A stretch of DNA of 64,000 bases from Eledone cirrhosa (GCA_964016885.1 OZ024751.1:50530001-50594000); one strand, 5' to 3'. Positions 41,460 through 55,418 are shown, counted from the first letter of the stretch. Numbers and translations are program-made. The notes: generated from the letters alone by a model not told the origin.

Positions 41460-42092
41460 GTAATAATATTAAAAATAATAATTTCACTTTTACCTTTGTT
41501 TTATAAGTTCCATGTTGTTGTTGAGTGAACTTTGGTTAGTTGTATACTTAAGCAAAAGAAAAAAGAATAAAAGTGGGTAAAAACAAGAACTTTTTATAGT
41601 TACAGAAATATATTTATATATCATGTATATAGTTGTATGTAAGCCATGTTTTTCCATGAAAATATGATGTGAAAACCCAGCATGTCATTTATCTACTGCA
41701 GTTTCAGAATCTCAATTCAAAATACATGGTATATTGTAAATGTTGCATGTAAAAATGGAGATGTGACTTATCTACCAGTGTGACTTTTACATGAATATAT
41801 ACAGTATATCAGTATATCATGTATAAACAGTTAGATTCTATGGTATACATATTGCTACTAAGTATCATAGAGGTATATATGATATGTTTATGTATAATAA
41901 ACATATAAAAGTCTTGCTATGAATATTTTAAGCTGTGATCACTGCCTTCATCTTACCATCCATGTTTAATTGTTTTAGCTTTCTTACATATATCACTTTC
42001 CATTTTCTATATTATATACAATGCTTCGAGCACACTACAATATTTTATTTAAAAAAATAAAAATGTTCAAAATTAATTGCAATAATTTTCTT

Positions 42093-42305
42093 TTAACCCT
42101 TTAATGATCAAACTGGCCAAAACTGGCCAGAATTTTCTACTTTTTTCTGTTGAAACTGGCTGTAACTGTTCACTCAAACTGATGTTAAGGTATTGTTCTC
42201 AAAATCTCATAGATTCGATATTATTTGAGATAATTATGTGAGGTAAAGCCTTTACCATGAAAATACAATAGTATATATAGAGTAATGTGAATGCTAAAGG
42301 GTTAA
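42093..42305 (+). mobile_element. TTAA-flanked MITE, family A
   Basis: ttaa|ccctt...aaggg|ttaa, homologous body. Confidence 0.8.
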
Positions 42306-43063
42306 AACATTCATAGTTAGTCCTTTCATTTCAATATTTCTAACAAATGATACTCCCTATCATTTTCTGCTCATTTTCAAAATCAAGAATTTTAAGGTAT
42401 TTAGAAAAATAACTAACTTTTTCATTATTCAATTGATGTTTGGAACATTACTTAACAAAGGTTCTTATATAAAATCATGATGGAGGGATTTTATATAAAT
42501 ATAAACACATTAAAACAAACAGTTTTGTACTGTTGAACCTGAGGCAGTTTGGAGTAGTTTGGTATTAAAAGAATTAAATTAAAATCTTTGATTATAATCT
42601 TATGCCAGAAACCTTTAGTTACTTGTTTTCATTTTACTAAACACCTTCATAAATTGCTGATTATTTAAAAAAATATTAATTACAAAATGTGAACAGCATA
42701 TCTCGTTAAGAAACATGATCAAGAAAGAGTTAATCTATTTATTTTGTGTAATTACATCGTCTTTCTCCTCCTTGATAGATATCTTTCAACTTTATCTACA
42801 CTCAACTCCAAGATAAACTCCTAATTAGTTATAATGTTGTTGTTAAGAAGGTTCCAGGTAGTGGTGGTGTGAGGAGGTTGTTGTAGTGGAAGTATTTGTA
42901 GTTGTTGTTTAGCCCCAGGTCAACCCTGATAATACAAACCTATGATAAAATTAGGTTTCATGATCACATAGTAGAAACTTCCTTGTAGGTGATAGTGGAG
43001 ATGACGGTAAGGTACCATATATATATATATACACACTCGCATGGAAAATAGTGATGATGATAC

Positions 43064-43109
<46 letters not shown>

Positions 43110-43569
43110 CATAGAGAGTCGGGACCTGATCGCTGAGTTCTTGCCATTTTAACACCTAGTTCTAGCCTGGAACTAGCTGTTGAAACAGCAAGAGCTCAGG
43201 ATACAATGTGTGGATCAGAGCAGTATGAAATAAAGTCTCTTGCTCAAGGATACAATGTATTGCCTATTCTGAAAATCAAACTCATGACTCTAGACTCAGC
43301 AACCTAACCACACAGCCACTTATTTTCACTGTGATCTAACTTTGGAAACAGTCACTGTGCCATGTTGTAACATTGTGTTATCAGGCTAGTGACTATATTG
43401 TTATATAAGTTTAGCAACAAACCCCCCTGTCACTCTGTTACTCTGTCACTCTGTCAGTGGAACACCATTTTTAAATTCATATTTTTATTTTATGGTAATT
43501 AGGCATTTACATTTTTTGTTGTTGTTTTAACTAAATCTAGATGAATGTCAGCCAGGCTCCTTGGAGCAG

Positions 43570-44660
43570 GAATGGTGGTGGTTGTAGTGGTTATGATGGT
43601 ATCAGGGTTAGTGGTGGTAGTGATGGTGGTGTCAATGGTAGTGGTGGTGGTAGTGATGGTGATAGTTATCATCATGGCAGTGATGGTAGTGATGTTTTGT
43701 GGTGATGGCACTGGTGGTAGTAGTGGCAATAGTGATGGTGCTGGTGGTAGTAGTGGTGATGGTTGTGGTAGTGATGGTAGTGGTAATGTGAGGTGGTGGT
43801 CGCACTGCTGTTATTGGTGCTTTCCCTGATAAACTTGTTGGTTGGTTGGGTTTTGGTGATGGTAGTGGTGTTGGTAGTGATGGTTGCTGCTGCTGTTATT
43901 GTTTCCTTTGACTAACTGGTTGGTTGGAAGGGTGGTTGGTTGTATAGCTGAAGGGATTACTGGATGGTTGGATGGTAGCTTAGATGGTGGGTTGGGTGAC
44001 TGGCTGGTTGGTTAGTTGGTTGTCTGGTTAATTGGGTGGCAGGATGGTTGGCTGGCTGGCTGGCTGGCTGGCTGGTTGATTTTTTGCTGAGTCTAGCTGG
44101 CAGCTTAGCTGGATGGTTGAATGGTTGGTTGAGTGGTTTAGTTAGTTCTGCTAATTAGAATTGTTTCTTGATGATAATGATGGTGGTGGTGGTGGTGGTG
44201 GTGGTGGTGACGGCGGCGGCGGTGGTGTTGTTTTTTGGTAGTGGTAGTATTGACAGTGTTGATGGTGGTGACTATTGTGATGATGGTGTTGGTGTTAAAG
44301 GTAGTCGTGGTGGTGGTGCTGGTGGTGGTGGTAGTGTGATTGATAGAGTTGTTGATGGTGTTATTTTTGGTAGTGGTGGTGTTGACGGTGGTGATGGTGA
44401 TGGTGATGGTGGTGTTGGCAGTGACTATTGTGAGCTCGGGTGTTGATGGTGGTAGTGTTGAATGTAGTTTGTGGTGTTGGTGGTAGTGTTGATGGTGGTG
44501 TTGGTGGTGCTTGTGATAGTGTTATTGATTGGGTTGTTGATAGTGCAGGTGTTGGTGGTGGTGCTGCTGCTGCTTATGGTGGTGTTATTGATAGGGTTGT
44601 GTTTGTCGTGCAGGTGTTGGTGGTGGTGGTGGTACTTAAGAATGGTGGTAGTGATGGAGG
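43570..44660. repeat. (GGT/GAT)n and (GGCT/GGTT)n low-complexity region
   Basis: Directly visible. Confidence 0.85.
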
Positions 44661-45259
44661 GAGATAGATGGATAGTCAGGTGGAATCCTTGTAAGGAGAG
44701 GGAGAAGGAGAGTATTCATGGGGTTGGTCACCTGAAAGAGTGTGTGTGTGTGTGTGTGTGTTCTTCATGAGATGGTTGACTAAAGAGAGTGAGAGTGTAT
44801 GTATGTGTGAGCTCCATGAGGTTGTTGACCAGAAAGTGAGTGTGTATGTATGTGTGTGTGTGTGCTCTATAAGGTTATTTACCAGAGAGAAAGTGTGTGT
44901 GTGTGTTCTCTATGAGGTTTATTTAGCTCCACTGGCATGTTCACCTCTTCTGTGCAACACCTCCCACCACCGCCACCACCAACTCCCATCTTACTCAATT
45001 GTTTTCTCATTTATTTCAATTTTTACACCTCCCTTTTTTCTCTCCTTTCTCATATCCTCTCTATTACTGCAATACACCTCCAGTAATAGCCACACACCCA
45101 TTCAAAAACACCCAGCCCCAGCCCTAAGTAATCCCCCCCCCCCCCCGCTGGTTATACCATCTCTGTTATTGGGAATTTAGTCTTGTCTGGCGAAAGAATC
45201 TCCATAATAATAAGACTCACTACCTTCTGTTAATGTAAAACCTACCATAAGCCCAATGT

Positions 45260-45595
45260 GAAGGCACATGGCATAGAGGTTAGAGCATTGGCCTTGCAAT
45301 CGAAAGGTTGCGAGTTCAATTCTTGGACCGGGTGATGTGCTGTTTCCTTGAGCAAGACACTTTATTTCACGTTGCTCCAGTTTACTCAGCTGTAGAAATG
45401 AGATGATATGACTGGGGTACCTATCATTCCACTGTAAAGTGGTCGTGGAGGTGCCACGGCAAAAAAGCACCCAGAACTCACTGTAAATGAGGTTGGTGTT
45501 AGGAAGGGCATCCAGCTGTAGAAATCAAGCCAGAATCAGTTCCCGTCCCACCCTTGCAAGCAGGGAAAAGCGGACGTAAAATGATGATGATGATA
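45260..45595 (+). mobile_element. tRNA-derived SINE family A with RTE-type 3' tail
   Basis: A box tggcatagagg, B box gagttcaattc; 3' part ggttggtgttaggaagggcatccag...ggacgtaaaa(tga)n shared with the LINE 3' UTR at 49540-49675. Confidence 0.88.
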
Positions 45596-45604
45596 TATAT
45601 AATT

Positions 45605-45781
45605 GTTTCTAATTTAGGCACAAGGCCAGCAAATACCCAGTGCATTACTGGTACTTTATTTTATCGACCTCGTAAGGATGAAAGGTAAAGTCAACCTCGG
45701 CGGGATTTGAACTCAGATCGTAAAGGGACTTAACTATGCTGGAAAGCATTGTGTCCGACCCTCTACCGATACTGCCAATCC
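45605..45781 (-). mobile_element. tRNA-derived SINE family B
   Basis: Reverse strand: tggcagtatcggtag (A box) ... gagttcaaatccc (B box), then gaggttgactttacctttcatcc..gtcgataaaataaagtaccag central domain; three copies in the window. Confidence 0.82.
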
Positions 45782-46199
45782 ACCACCCTTGATATATATA
45801 ATTTGAACTCACTGTTCTAAATAATCTTCTCCACGCTTGTTCTAAATAATCTTCTCTTTGCTAACTTGTTCTAAATAATCTTCACTTTGCTACCATTTTG
45901 GCCGAAAAAAATTTTCCAGGATTCATAAAAATAGATTCTCTCGCCCCTCAAAATCGCTATTACTCCCACTCTCTCTAACATATACGTCCCTCTCGCTATC
46001 TCACTCCCTAATATAAATAAGAATGTTACGAAGGACAAAACTTCAGAATTTGTCAACTCTTATTAATGGTCAGTCGATTCTACAAAAATGTAATGTATAA
46101 TATACATTTTCTTCTTGTCTCCTAAAACCTGGTTCATTCATCCATATATATCTACAATCGTTGCTTACCTATAATTCCGTCTCTCTGTTCTAAATAATC

Positions 46200-49100
46200 T
46201 TCTCTTTGCTAACTACCCCATACCCTTCCCTCCCGCCCCCACTCTCCACCTTTAGTATTTGGACCAATCACAAGTCAACGGCCTATGCTATCACTTCTGG
46301 CTGCTTTTCGATATGATGGATGGACTAAGGAATTTCTGGAGAGTCTGAAGAATCTGGACACTCGATGACAATGCCAAAGATAACGACAAATTCACGTCAT
46401 GCTGCCGGACGAAAGGGCAAGCCCCCCCCCCTCTTTGTTTCGACCGCGGATGGCCAACATAACCCCAAACTCATCCCCCTCACCCCTCCCTGCGCCCCAT
46501 CCTCCAAACACAATCCAAAACTTCAGAGTTGGTACCATGAACGTAGGCACCTTAAAAGGCCGCTCTAACGAGGTTGTAAAATTGCTTGAACGTAAGGAGG
46601 TTGATGTTTGCTGTATTCAAGAGACCAGGTGGAGGGGCGGGTCTGCTAGATTCATTGTGGGTAAAAAACGTTGCTATAAGCTTTTCTGGGTGGGAAATGA
46701 CAATGGGATAGGTGGGGTAGGAATCATGTTAGCAGAAAAATGGGTGGATAAGATAATAGATGTAAATAGAGTAAATGACAGAATAATTAAAATAAGACTT
46801 GTTCTAAATAGAACTACTGTGACAGTAATATCTGCGTACGCGACCCAATCCGGACTGCCTGGCGCTATAAAAGACAGATTCTATGAGACACTGATGCTCA
46901 CTACCTCCCAAATAACCGACAGTGACTATATAATTATTGCTGGCGACCTAAATGGTCACGTTGGACAACATTGTGACGGCTATGACGGAATCCACGGAGG
47001 CTATGGGTTTGGTACTAGAAATGAGGAAGGCTCCAGAATCCTGGAATTCTGTGACGCAAATAACCTAACTATCTGTAACACTAACTTCAAAAAACGAGAC
47101 AATCACTTGATCACCTACAGATCAGGGGAACATACCAGCCAGGTAGATTATATCCTTACCAGAAGACGTGACAGAGTGTCTGTTGTAAACACTAAATCCC
47201 TCCCCCATGAAGAATGCACCTCCCAACATAGACTGATAATTAGCGACCTCATAGTCAGGACGAGACGTACTCGACAACAGAAGAGGACTATCCTCAGGAG
47301 AAAAATATGGAAGCTAAAGGATCCCACAGCCAGAAATAAATTTCAAAGCATATTACTTGATGCTTTCGACAGTAAGGAAGAGCAATTAGAGTCATACAAT
47401 GTAGAGGAACAGTGGGAATTCCAGAAAGCAAACCTGCTGATGGCGGCAGACGAAGTCTGTGGCTGGAGCAGGCCTGTAGGCAGGAGGAGAGTAACATGGT
47501 GGTGGAACAGTAAGGTGGAGGGGTCAATCAAGGCCAAAAAGCAGGCTTGGAAAGCATGGCGGGATGGGGGAAGTAGAGAAGACTATCAAGTGGCCAGGAG
47601 GGAAGCTAGGAGACAAGTGTACTTCGCAAGAAGGGAAGCAGAGGAAAGAAAGTTCAAGCATGTTCTACAACGCGAGGACCAAAAAGGTGAGGTGTTCAGG
47701 ATTGCTAGGCAATGTGTCAAGGAAAACCATGATATTGTCGGGGAGAAGTGTGTACTTAACGATGATGGCGTACTTGCCATCACTGACGCTGATAAGAAGG
47801 TAGCTTGGAAGTGTCACTACGAAAGGCTACTAAATGAGGAGAATAAATGGGAGAAAGACAGTCTCCCCCACAGGGACCCAATAGAGGGACCAGCAGTGTT
47901 AGTCGAAGGTAGTATAATAAGTAAGGCAATCAAAGATATGAAGACGGGTAAGGCGGCTGGGCCTTTGGAAATAGTTGCTGAGATGCTGAAAGCCTCTGGA
48001 ACAGTGGGACACACCATGGTCACCCGGATAGTAAACCAAGTCATACAGAATGGGGTTGTTCCGAAGGACTGGCGTAGCAGCATCATCGTTAACTGTTATA
48101 AGGGTAAAGGAGACGCCTTAGATAGGAGTAACTATAGAGGCATTAAATTAATCGACCAGGTCATGAAGGTCACGGAAAAAGTAATAGCGCAACTAATCAG
48201 AGAGAGAATTGATCTAGATGAAATGCAGTTCGGGTTTGTGTCAGGCAAAAGTACTACAGACGCTCTCTTCATTGTACGACAACTACAGGAGAAGTACCTA
48301 GCTAAAAGTAAACCCCTATATTTAGCTTTTATCGACTTGGAGAAAGCCTTCGACAGAGTCCCCCGTTCCATTATCTGGTGGGCTCTTAGAAAACTAGGTG
48401 TTGACGAATGGCTTGTGAGAGCTATACAAGCCATGTATAAAGAAACAGTCAGCAAGGTTAGAATTAACAACGAATATAGTGAAGAGTTTAGCGTAAAAGT
48501 TGGTGTCCATCAGGGCTCTGTTCTTAGCCCCCTACTATTTATTATTGCCCTTCAGGCATTTATATCCCAAATGCAAAGTATGGGTGCATAAAAGATGTAG
48601 TGGGATCACAGGTAAGCTAACTAAGAACATAGATTTTACATGTGGCCGGTGCTCTGGTGCAATAAGTAGCAGCAAGTGCCCACAGAATACTAGCTCTTTC
48701 AATTGCGGAGAGGGTTCTATAGAAATAGTGGACAGCTTCCGTTACCTGGGTGACAAAATCAGCAGTGGGGGAGGGTGCTCTGAAAGTACAGTAGCTAGAG
48801 TCAGAACTGGATGGAAAAAGTTCAGAGAGCTTATACCACTATTAGCCGCTAAAGGGTTCTCCCTAAAAATGAAAGGCAGGTTGTATGATGCCTGCATACG
48901 GACAGCAATGTTGCATGGCAGTGAGACCTGGGCATTGTGTGCAGAGGATATACGCAGACTAGAGAGGAACGAAACTTGCATGCTCCGCTGGATGTGTAAT
49001 AGTAATATACGTGAACGGCAAAGCATAAACGAACTAAGGAAAAAATTAGAAATAAGAGGGATTAGATGTTGTTTACTCGAGAGAAGGCTACGTTGGTATG

Positions 49101-49676
49101 GTCACGTGATGCGCATGAAAGACGACAGCTGTATAACAAAGTGCAGGGCAATAAAGATAGACGGTAGCCACGGAGTAGGCAGACCCAGAAAAACCTGGGA
49201 CGAGCTGATAAATTCCGACCTCACACACTTAAACCTCTCCAAGACAATGTCACTGGACCGAGACCTTTGGTGGTACTCAGTAATAGAGAAGACCCGCCTT
49301 ACCTGAATACAAAGTAAAACCTACTACAGTCAGTAGGCATCTCTAACAAAATACACCCCCGTCCCACCTCCCCCACCCCATCCACACCGCCCCTTTCAAT
49401 GTAAAGTTATGTTGGTCCCACATCATCCAGGCCGAAACAAATGAGATCGTGTAGGTATCACGACAAAAAAACACACAGTCCACGCTGTAATGTGGCCGTG
49501 TAGGCAACACGGTAAAAACCTCCCAGTCCCACACTGTAAATGTGGTTGGTGTTAGGAAGGGCATCCAGTTGTAGAAAACCCGCCAGACAGTCCTAAGCAA
49601 GCAATGACAACCACTCCCGTCCAAACTAATGCAAGCGTGGAACATGGACATTAAACGATGATGATGATGATGATGA
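46200..49676 (+). mobile_element. Near-full-length RTE-clade LINE (APE endonuclease + RT) with internal deletion and (GAT)n tail
   Basis: Single-ORF architecture; 3' UTR ends ggacattaaac(gat)n; 5' boundary uncertain. Confidence 0.93.
46399..49306 (+). pseudogene. RTE ORF (APE-RT), disrupted by a frameshifting deletion at ~48558 that removes YADD
   Basis: APE motifs TMNVGTL, IQETRW, AGDLNGH, QVDYIL, SQHRLI; RT motifs QFGF, FIDLEKAFD, GVHQGSVLSPLLF; frame switch into PKCKVWVHKRC...FRYLG...RRLRWYGHV. Confidence 0.9.
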
Positions 49677-49945
49677 ATAAATCCTAATGTTAAATTAAAA
49701 TATTCTTTTCTTTTTCATATAATAAATTTTATTTCTTCAGTTGTCAGGTGTGTCAGGCCATTATTGCCTACCTTTACTCAGCCGCACTTTATACTCCTCA
49801 AAATGGAAAATATCCATTGTTCCCCTCTACCCTTGGTACCCTAACCCTAATGTAGTTATTTTGCTTTATAGTTAATCCAGCTCTGCACAACCTGTCCAAC
49901 CCACACTATGACAGCAAAGTTGCTGAAGTTTCACCCAGCTGTGGA

Positions 49946-50149
49946 TTAACCCCTTAGCATATCCGGCCAAAATTCTCTCTCACCTTTTTCTGTTCTAATT
50001 GGCTGTTATCGGCCATTCATACTGATATCAAGGTATTGTTCTCAAGATTAATAGTATCAAAGTCTCATAGATTGATATTATGTGAGGTAAAGCCTTTACT
50101 GTGAAAATATAATATCATATATAGTGTAATGTAAATACTAAAGGGTTAA
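49946..50149 (+). mobile_element. TTAA-flanked MITE, family A
   Basis: ttaa|cccc...aaggg|ttaa, homologous body. Confidence 0.8.
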
Positions 50150-50416
50150 GGGTGTTTAGGTGGGTGGACTGACTGAACAGCCAGGTAGACAGCTGTGGAA
50201 AGGCTGGGTGGGTGGGTGGTCACAAAAGGGTTAAAGATTAAATCCCCTTTTATTGCCGGAATATTTAAACCAATTCTAAGGTAGAATGGTTGGGGTAGTG
50301 AAGGATGGGAAAAGTACACAGTTTCAACTTCCCTTCTCACACCTGCACTAATTTATCTGTGTATTTGTGTGTATACACACATACACACATGTGTTCATGT
50401 ATAATATATGTACATA

Positions 50417-50451
<35 letters not shown>

Positions 50452-50619
50452 GTACATATGTGTGTGTGTGTGTATATATATATATATGTGTGTGTGTGTT
50501 TGATATTTACAAAAGGAGGTCAGATCATGTCAGATATTCCACACTTTCTCATGTCACATCTTCTATTTGTGAAAGAGAGAGAGAGAGAGAGAGTTACTGA
50601 TTTGGTCTCTCTTTCTATT

Positions 50620-50678
<59 letters not shown>

Positions 50679-51279
50679 CTTATATATATCCCCTTTATAA
50701 ATATATGTATATATATATATGTATGTATGTATATATATATATATACACTCTTGGTATCTTTCTCTTCCCCACTCTCTCTTTCTCCTTCTGCTTATCTTTC
50801 TATCCTCCTCCTTCCATCTCTCTCTCTCTCTCCTCATACAGTCTCTGCCTCATCTCCCTCACTCTCTCTATATATCTATCTTTTGTAAGGGAGGGAGAGG
50901 GATCAGAAACAACAGGATGTCACCTCCTCCTCCTCTACCTGAATACACATACACATATTCACATAAACACACACATATACACACATTCATATTCACATAA
51001 ACACACACATATACACACATTCATATGTGCACTCATATTCACATAAACCCATATACCCACATGCAAACACTCACATTTATTCATTCATACATACACATGC
51101 TTACATAACACATACACACACATTCACTAACACAAATACACATACATGTGTGTGTGTGTACACACAAGCCCACATACACACATACACTAACATACAAGTA
51201 CACACAGATGTACACACATACCCACTTCAGCCATCTGGCTGGAGAGTAACTAAATTTATGCATCAAGTTGGAGTTGTTA

Positions 51280-51316
51280 ACATCATTATAGCCATCATCA
51301 TCACCACCATCACCAC

Positions 51317-51348
<32 letters not shown>

Positions 51349-51550
51349 CCATCATCACCATCACCATCATCATCATCATTATTATTATCATCACTATTAT
51401 CATCACCATCACCACCATCATCATCATCATCATCATCACTATTATCATCACCATCACCACCACCATCATCATCATCACTATTATTATCATCATCATCACT
51501 ATCATCACCATCATCTTCACTATCATCACCACCACCACTACCATCATCAC

Positions 51551-51609
<59 letters not shown>

Positions 51610-51905
51610 CCATCATTACAGATCAAGTTATTCAGGTTTGCTATGTGATGTTTTAGTACATTTGTCTTTTAAGAGGAGAGGAGTGGAGTGGGCTGGAGTT
51701 CGATGGTGGAGGAGACAGTTACCTTTCACTGAAATGGAAAAGAAAAGAATATTTGCTCATCACCATCATTATCATCATCATCATTATCATCATTATCGTC
51801 ACCATCACCACCAGCATCATGACCATTGTCATCATCATCATCATCATAATCATCATCGTCATCACTATCACCACAAGCAACATAACTATTATCATTATCA
51901 TCATC
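51280..51905. repeat. (CAT)n-type microsatellite tracts
   Basis: Directly visible at 51280-51615 and 51757-51905. Confidence 0.9.
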
Positions 51906-51975
51906 AATTCCATGCCATTTATTTTTCCCTTCTTACATGGCCTGTATGAGGCCCCTTTACTGGCAGGTTTTTCTA

Positions 51976-53665
51976 CAGCCAGCTGCCCTTGCTGGCCAAC
52001 CCACACCTTATTCTAAGTAAGGTACACTCAGCCAGCTGCCCTTCCTGGCCAACCCACACCTTATTCTAAGTAAGGTACACTCAGCCAGCTGCCCTTCCTG
52101 GCCAACCCACACCTTGTTCTACATATGGTACACTCAACTAGCTACCCTTCCTGGCCAACCCACACCTTGTTCTACATAAGGTACACTCAGCCAGCTGTCC
52201 TTCCTGGCCAACCCACACCTTGTTCTACATATGGTACACTCAACTAGCTGTCCTTCCTGGCCAACCCACACCTTGTTCTACATATGGTACACTCAACTAG
52301 CTATCCTTCCTAGCTAACCCACACCTTGTTCTACATAAGGTACACTCAACCAGCTGTCCTTCCTGGCCAACCCACACCTTGTTCTACATATGGTACACTC
52401 AACTAGCTGTCCTTCCTGGCCAACCCACACCTTGTTCTACATATGGTACACTCAACTAGCTGTCCTTCCTGGCCAACCAACACCTTGTTCTACATATGGT
52501 ACACTCAACTAGCTATCCTTCCTAGCTAACCCACACCTTGTTCTACATAAGGTACACTCAACCAGCTGTCCTTCCTGGCCAACCCACACCTTGTTCTACA
52601 TATGGTACACTCAACTAGCTGTCCTTCCTGGCCAACCCACACCTTGTTCTACATAAGGTACACTCAACTAGCTGTCCTTCCTGGCCAACCCACACCTTGT
52701 TCTACATATGGTACACTCAACTAGCTGTCCTTCCTGGCCAACCCACACCTTGTTCTACATATGGTACACTCAACTAGCTGTCCTTCCTGGCCAACCCACA
52801 CCTTGTTCTACATATGGTACACTCAACTAGCTATCCTTCCTAGCTAACCCACACCTTGTTCTACATAAGGTACACTCAACTAGCTACCCTTCCTGGCCAA
52901 CCCACACCTTGTTCTACATATGGTACACTCAACCAGCTGCCATTCCTGACACCAACCCACACCTTATTCTAAGTAAGGTACACTCAGCCAGCTGCCCTTC
53001 CTGGCCAACCCACACCTTGTTCTACATATGGTACACTCAATCAGCTGCCATTCCTGACACCAACCCACACCTTATTCTAAGTAAGGTACACTCAGCCAGC
53101 TGCCCTTCCTGGCCAACCCACACCTTGTTCTAAGTAAGGTACACTCAACCAGCTGCCCTTGCTGGCCAACCCACACCTTGTTCTACATAAGGTACACTCA
53201 ACTAGCTGTCCTTCCTGGCCAACCCACACCTTATTCTAAGTAAGGTACACTCAACCAGCTGCCATTCCTGACACCAACCCACACCTTATTCTAAGTAAGG
53301 TACACTCAGCCAGCTGCCCTTCCTGGCCAACCCACACCTTGTTCTACATAAGGTACACTCAACTAGCTGTCCTTCCTGGCCAACCCACACCTTATTCTAA
53401 GTAAGGTACACTCAGCCAGCTGCCCTTCCTGGCCAACCCACACCTTATTCTAAGTAAGGTACACTCAGCCAGCTGCCCTTCCTGGCCAACCCACACCTTG
53501 TTCTACATAAGGTACACTCAACTAGCTGTCCTTCCTGGCCAACCCACACCTTATTCTAAGTAAGGTACACTCAGCCAGCTGCCCTTCCTGGCCAACCCAC
53601 ACCTTATTCTAAGTAAGGTACACTCAACCAGCTGCCATTCCTGACACTAACCTACACCTTATTAT
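51976..53665. repeat. Minisatellite, 53-bp unit, about 32 copies with several variant classes
   Basis: cagccagctgcccttcctggccaacccacaccttattctaagtaaggtacact and variants. Confidence 0.96.
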
Positions 53666-54159
53666 AAGCATGGTATAAACCACTAATTGTTTTGGTTTTT
53701 GAGTTGCAAATGCTGTCGGATGTATTGTTTATGGAGTCACAAACAAATATTACCGTAAGCATTGTGACAGTATCAATGTGACATTTGCAGTGGCATACAT
53801 ACAGATTAGAATAGGTACACTCTATCTCTACATGTTGTAAGAGGTATCTAAAGCAGGAAGAGCAACTTGTTGTAAAACATTGCTTTGAAAAGTATCCAAT
53901 AAGTCATGGAGCCTATTCCGCTAACCCTTGATTTAGCTGGGAAAGATGACCTTAAAATGCTTGTTTGTCGTTGCTATGTCTCTCTCTCTCTCCCCCCTCA
54001 TCTCTCCCCCCTCTCTCTCTATATATATATATGTATTTATATATATATATATATAACAGTTCTGTATGAGTGAGACAGTCTCCCAACCAATCTTGCTTCA
54101 AGTGGGACAAAACTGTCCAACCCATGCTGGCGTGGAAGATAGATGTTAAACGATGATGA

Positions 54160-54245
<86 letters not shown>

Positions 54246-54500
54246 CTAAAAGAAGTCAAAAATGCAATTGTAGTTTTTAATAAGATTTATTTACATTTAC
54301 CGTAACTTCTAACAAGTTACAAGTCAGTATAGCCTCACATCTCTCCATCTCTCTTAAGTTTTGAAAATCATGAAACTTGTGAAACTGGTAAAGTTATAAG
54401 TTGCTGTAAATAAACCTTCTTAAAGACTCCAATTACAGTTTCAACTTCTTTCTTCTTTTTTCCTATATTTTTACCCATATTAAAAAAAAACCTTACTTTC

Positions 54501-54567
<67 letters not shown>

Positions 54568-54993
54568 ATTCTTTCACACACACCAGTAACACCATTCTTC
54601 AGTCCAACCAGCACCAATCCCTCCATCCCCTCCCTCCGTTGATCAAACAAAGGAATTCCTTGATGCTACCTAAGTGTTTTAAATCTTCTTTACATAGACA
54701 AAACAGGTTGGTGAGGTTAGTTCTTTAGCTAATGTAAACATTCTCCTGTTTAAAAACTGTTGCCCACTAACACCTTTTTCAGATCTTTAATACCTCAAAA
54801 CAAGCAATGGGGTCAAAACCTTTTAAAGTCAGTTCATCCTCTGTGTATACAAATCTTTGAAGAAATATTTTGTTATTTGAGCAAATAGTGTAATGTAGAG
54901 TGTCCCCTATGTTTTGAAAATAAACAAGTATTTGAAATGATTTAGTAATATAACTAACTTTTTCATTATCTATCTGGTATTAGAAATTGCAAC

Positions 54994-55154
54994 TTACCCC
55001 TTTAGCATTTAAACTGGCTGCTTATAATTATGTTAAGGTTTTATCTCAAAATAAATAATATCAAAATCTTGTAGATTCAATATTATGTGAGGTAAAGTGT
55101 TTACTGTGAAAATACAATAGTAAATATAGAGTAATGTAAATGGTAAAGGGTTAA
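54994..55154 (+). mobile_element. MITE family A (deleted) nested in another MITE-like repeat
   Basis: ttac|ccctttagcatt...aaggg|ttaa, inside sequence homologous to 42390-42580. Confidence 0.75.
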
Positions 55155-55418
55155 CAAAGGTTCTTAGAGAAAATTATGAGGGAAGAATCCAATATAAAAC
55201 AAACAGTTTTGTATTGTAGAACCTGGGGCAGTTTCAGACATTTTTTATTAAAAGGGTTAAAATGACAGACTTTGTATGATAGAATTAGGGGAAAGTTTCA
55301 TGTGGGTTGGTATTGTAAAAGTTAAAATTTAACATATTTCAAACAGTCTTTACCACACTAGATAACAGACCAGGATTAAATTACATTAAATTATTAAATT
55401 GATTTATAAACGTAATAT

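Noticed and set aside
41312-41506. 64-aa ORF from the track
   Set aside because: Wrong frame; the real 52-nt exon inside it reads YRMLEQSMEEEGLSEDQ.
45262-45335. tRNA gene
   Set aside because: A/B boxes are present but continue into a SINE body and tail; no complete cloverleaf.
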